Assembly (NCBI GenBank): GCA_951406725.2 | Contig: OX597815.1 | Span: 152,334,001-152,398,000 of the forward strand | Length of the DNA: 64,000 nt | Source of the DNA: Octopus vulgaris | Lineage: Eukaryota | Direction of reading: 5' to 3' | Part shown: one piece after another, positions 63,875 through 64,000 of the stretch | Layout: every line of letters begins with the position of its first letter | How positions within the stretch are numbered: position 1 is the first letter of the stretch | Notes under the pieces: model-generated | Database searches by the model: none | The model's input: only the letters and a program-made list of their open reading frames with translations | What the model was told of the DNA's origin: nothing | Position numbers and translations under genes: made by a program

Positions 63875-64000
63875 TGTATGTGTATATATATATATATATA
63901 TATATACTAACAGTATCACCCGGCGTTGCTCGGGTTTGTAAGGGAAATAACTATATAAGCATTTTTAGAGAGTTATAGCCAAAAAATAGCAAAAAAATGC

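Larger units (their letters stand above)
55476..64000. repeat. Right arm of the inverted duplication (runs off the window end)
   Basis: Reverse complement of 32350-40882 with scattered SNPs and microsatellite or homopolymer length changes. Confidence 0.97.

Overview
Eukaryotic, AT-rich, repeat-dense animal DNA. The SINE and RTE repertoire resembles Octopus/cephalopod genomes (inference from remembered repeat families, not a database result). Bases 1-12.3 kb are a degenerate (ATCC)n satellite carrying a solo LTR. The only host gene is a multi-exon adhesion GPCR (HormR-GAIN/GPS-7TM, ADGRG-like). Its N-terminal exons lie on + (44.2-60.5 kb), and its GAIN-end, GPS and TM1-TM4 exons lie on - (40.1-18.1 kb). 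The two halves overlap through a near-identical 8.5-kb inverted duplicate (32350-40882 vs 55476-64000) whose left arm stops at a 100-N gap, most likely a mis-oriented contig or haplotig. Introns are filled with decayed RTE, R4/Dong, CR1 and Penelope retroelements, mariner, Tc3, hAT and Helitron remnants, SINEs and mini/microsatellites. The most interesting signal is a set of minimal type I hammerhead-ribozyme motifs. One set lies in a ~355-bp tandem-plus-inverted retrozyme/Penelope-pLTR-like array (53935-55382, four copies on a long extended stem). Another is a G3:C8 core-swapped variant in both arms of a 131-bp foldback (31679-31956). Two further degenerate motifs are present. All ribozyme folds were made by eye and are untested.
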